Assembly (NCBI GenBank): GCA_051362555.1
Contig: CM120643.1
Location: 30,003,994-30,067,993, forward strand
Origin: Lingula anatina
Lineage: Eukaryota; Animalia; Brachiopoda
Reading direction: 5' to 3'
Length of the DNA stretch: 64,000 nucleotides
The notes under the pieces: model-generated
What the model was told of the DNA's origin: nothing
What the model saw: the letters and a program-made list of their open reading frames with translations, nothing else
Database searches by the model: none
In this document: positions 62,901 through 64,000 of the stretch, piece by piece
Position numbering within the stretch: position 1 is the first letter of the stretch
Layout of the letters: each line of letters starts with the position of its first letter
Translations under genes and position numbers: made by a program

Positions 62901-64000
62901 TAGGGTTAGGGTTAGGGTTAGGGTTAGGGTTAGGGTTAGGGTTAGGGTTAGGGTTAGGGTTAGGGTTAGGGTTAGGGTTAGGGTTAGGGTTAGGGTTAGG
63001 GTTAGGGTTAGGGTTAGGGTTAGGGTTAGGGTTAGGGTTAGGGTTAGGGTTAGGGTTAGGGTTAGGGTTAGGGTTAGGGTTAGGGTTAGGGTTAGGGTTA
63101 GGGTTAGGGTTAGGGTTAGGGTTAGGGTTAGGGTTAGGGTTAGGGTTAGGGTTAGGGTTAGGGTTAGGGTTAGGGTTAGGGTTAGGGTTAGGGTTAGGGT
63201 TAGGGTTAGGGTTAGGGTTAGGGTTAGGGTTAGGGTTAGGGTTAGGGTTAGGGTTAGGGTTAGGGTTAGGGTTAGGGTTAGGGTTAGGGTTAGGGTTAGG
63301 GTTAGGGTTAGGGTTAGGGTTAGGGTTAGGGTTAGGGTTAGGGTTAGGGTTAGGGTTAGGGTTAGGGTTAGGGTTAGGGTTAGGGTTAGGGTTAGGGTTA
63401 GGGTTAGGGTTAGGGTTAGGGTTAGGGTTAGGGTTAGGGTTAGGGTTAGGGTTAGGGTTAGGGTTAGGGTTAGGGTTAGGGTTAGGGTTAGGGTTAGGGT
63501 TAGGGTTAGGGTTAGGGTTAGGGTTAGGGTTAGGGTTAGGGTTAGGGTTAGGGTTAGGGTTAGGGTTAGGGTTAGGGTTAGGGTTAGGGTTAGGGTTAGG
63601 GTTAGGGTTAGGGTTAGGGTTAGGGTTAGGGTTAGGGTTAGGGTTAGGGTTAGGGTTAGGGTTAGGGTTAGGGTTAGGGTTAGGGTTAGGGTTAGGGTTA
63701 GGGTTAGGGTTAGGGTTAGGGTTAGGGTTAGGGTTAGGGTTAGGGTTAGGGTTAGGGTTAGGGTTAGGGTTAGGGTTAGGGTTAGGGTTAGGGTTAGGGT
63801 TAGGGTTAGGGTTAGGGTTAGGGTTAGGGTTAGGGTTAGGGTTAGGGTTAGGGTTAGGGTTAGGGTTAGGGTTAGGGTTAGGGTTAGGGTTAGGGTTAGG
63901 GTTAGGGTTAGGGTTAGGGTTAGGGTTAGGGTTAGGGTTAGGGTTAGGGTTAGGGTTAGGGTTAGGGTTAGGGTTAGGGTTAGGGTTAGGGTTAGGGTTA
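59746..64000 (+). repeat. Telomeric (TTAGGG)n array
   Basis: >4.2 kb of TTAGGG with G-rich strand toward window end; few proximal variants (TTACGG, TTAGGGG, TTTAGGG). Confidence 0.99.

Overview
Eukaryotic (animal, TTAGGG-telomere, probably non-arthropod invertebrate) chromosome end. 2281-16475 is a complete, apparently young 14.2-kb Polinton/Maverick (adintovirus-like) element: ~215-bp TIRs starting AGTAGT, 6-bp TSD TCCACA, genes for pPolB (split by a spliceosomal intron inside motif B), packaging ATPase, adenain protease, major and minor capsid proteins, chromo-integrase, plus a BIR/IAP-domain accessory gene and a PC4-like/zinc-motif gene. It sits inside a 34-bp minisatellite in an intron of a calbindin-32/calretinin-like gene; the same intron carries two candidate 12-nt microexons (KRKQ, KKKQ). 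Further along are a minus-strand ZP-domain membrane protein gene whose introns hold a decayed DIRS retroelement and nested DNA transposons, a secreted single-vWA gene with an ISL2EU remnant in intron 1, and >4.2 kb of (TTAGGG)n. All three host genes carry tandem repeats anchored exactly on exon-intron junctions. All calls come from reading sequence and motifs by eye; no searches were run.
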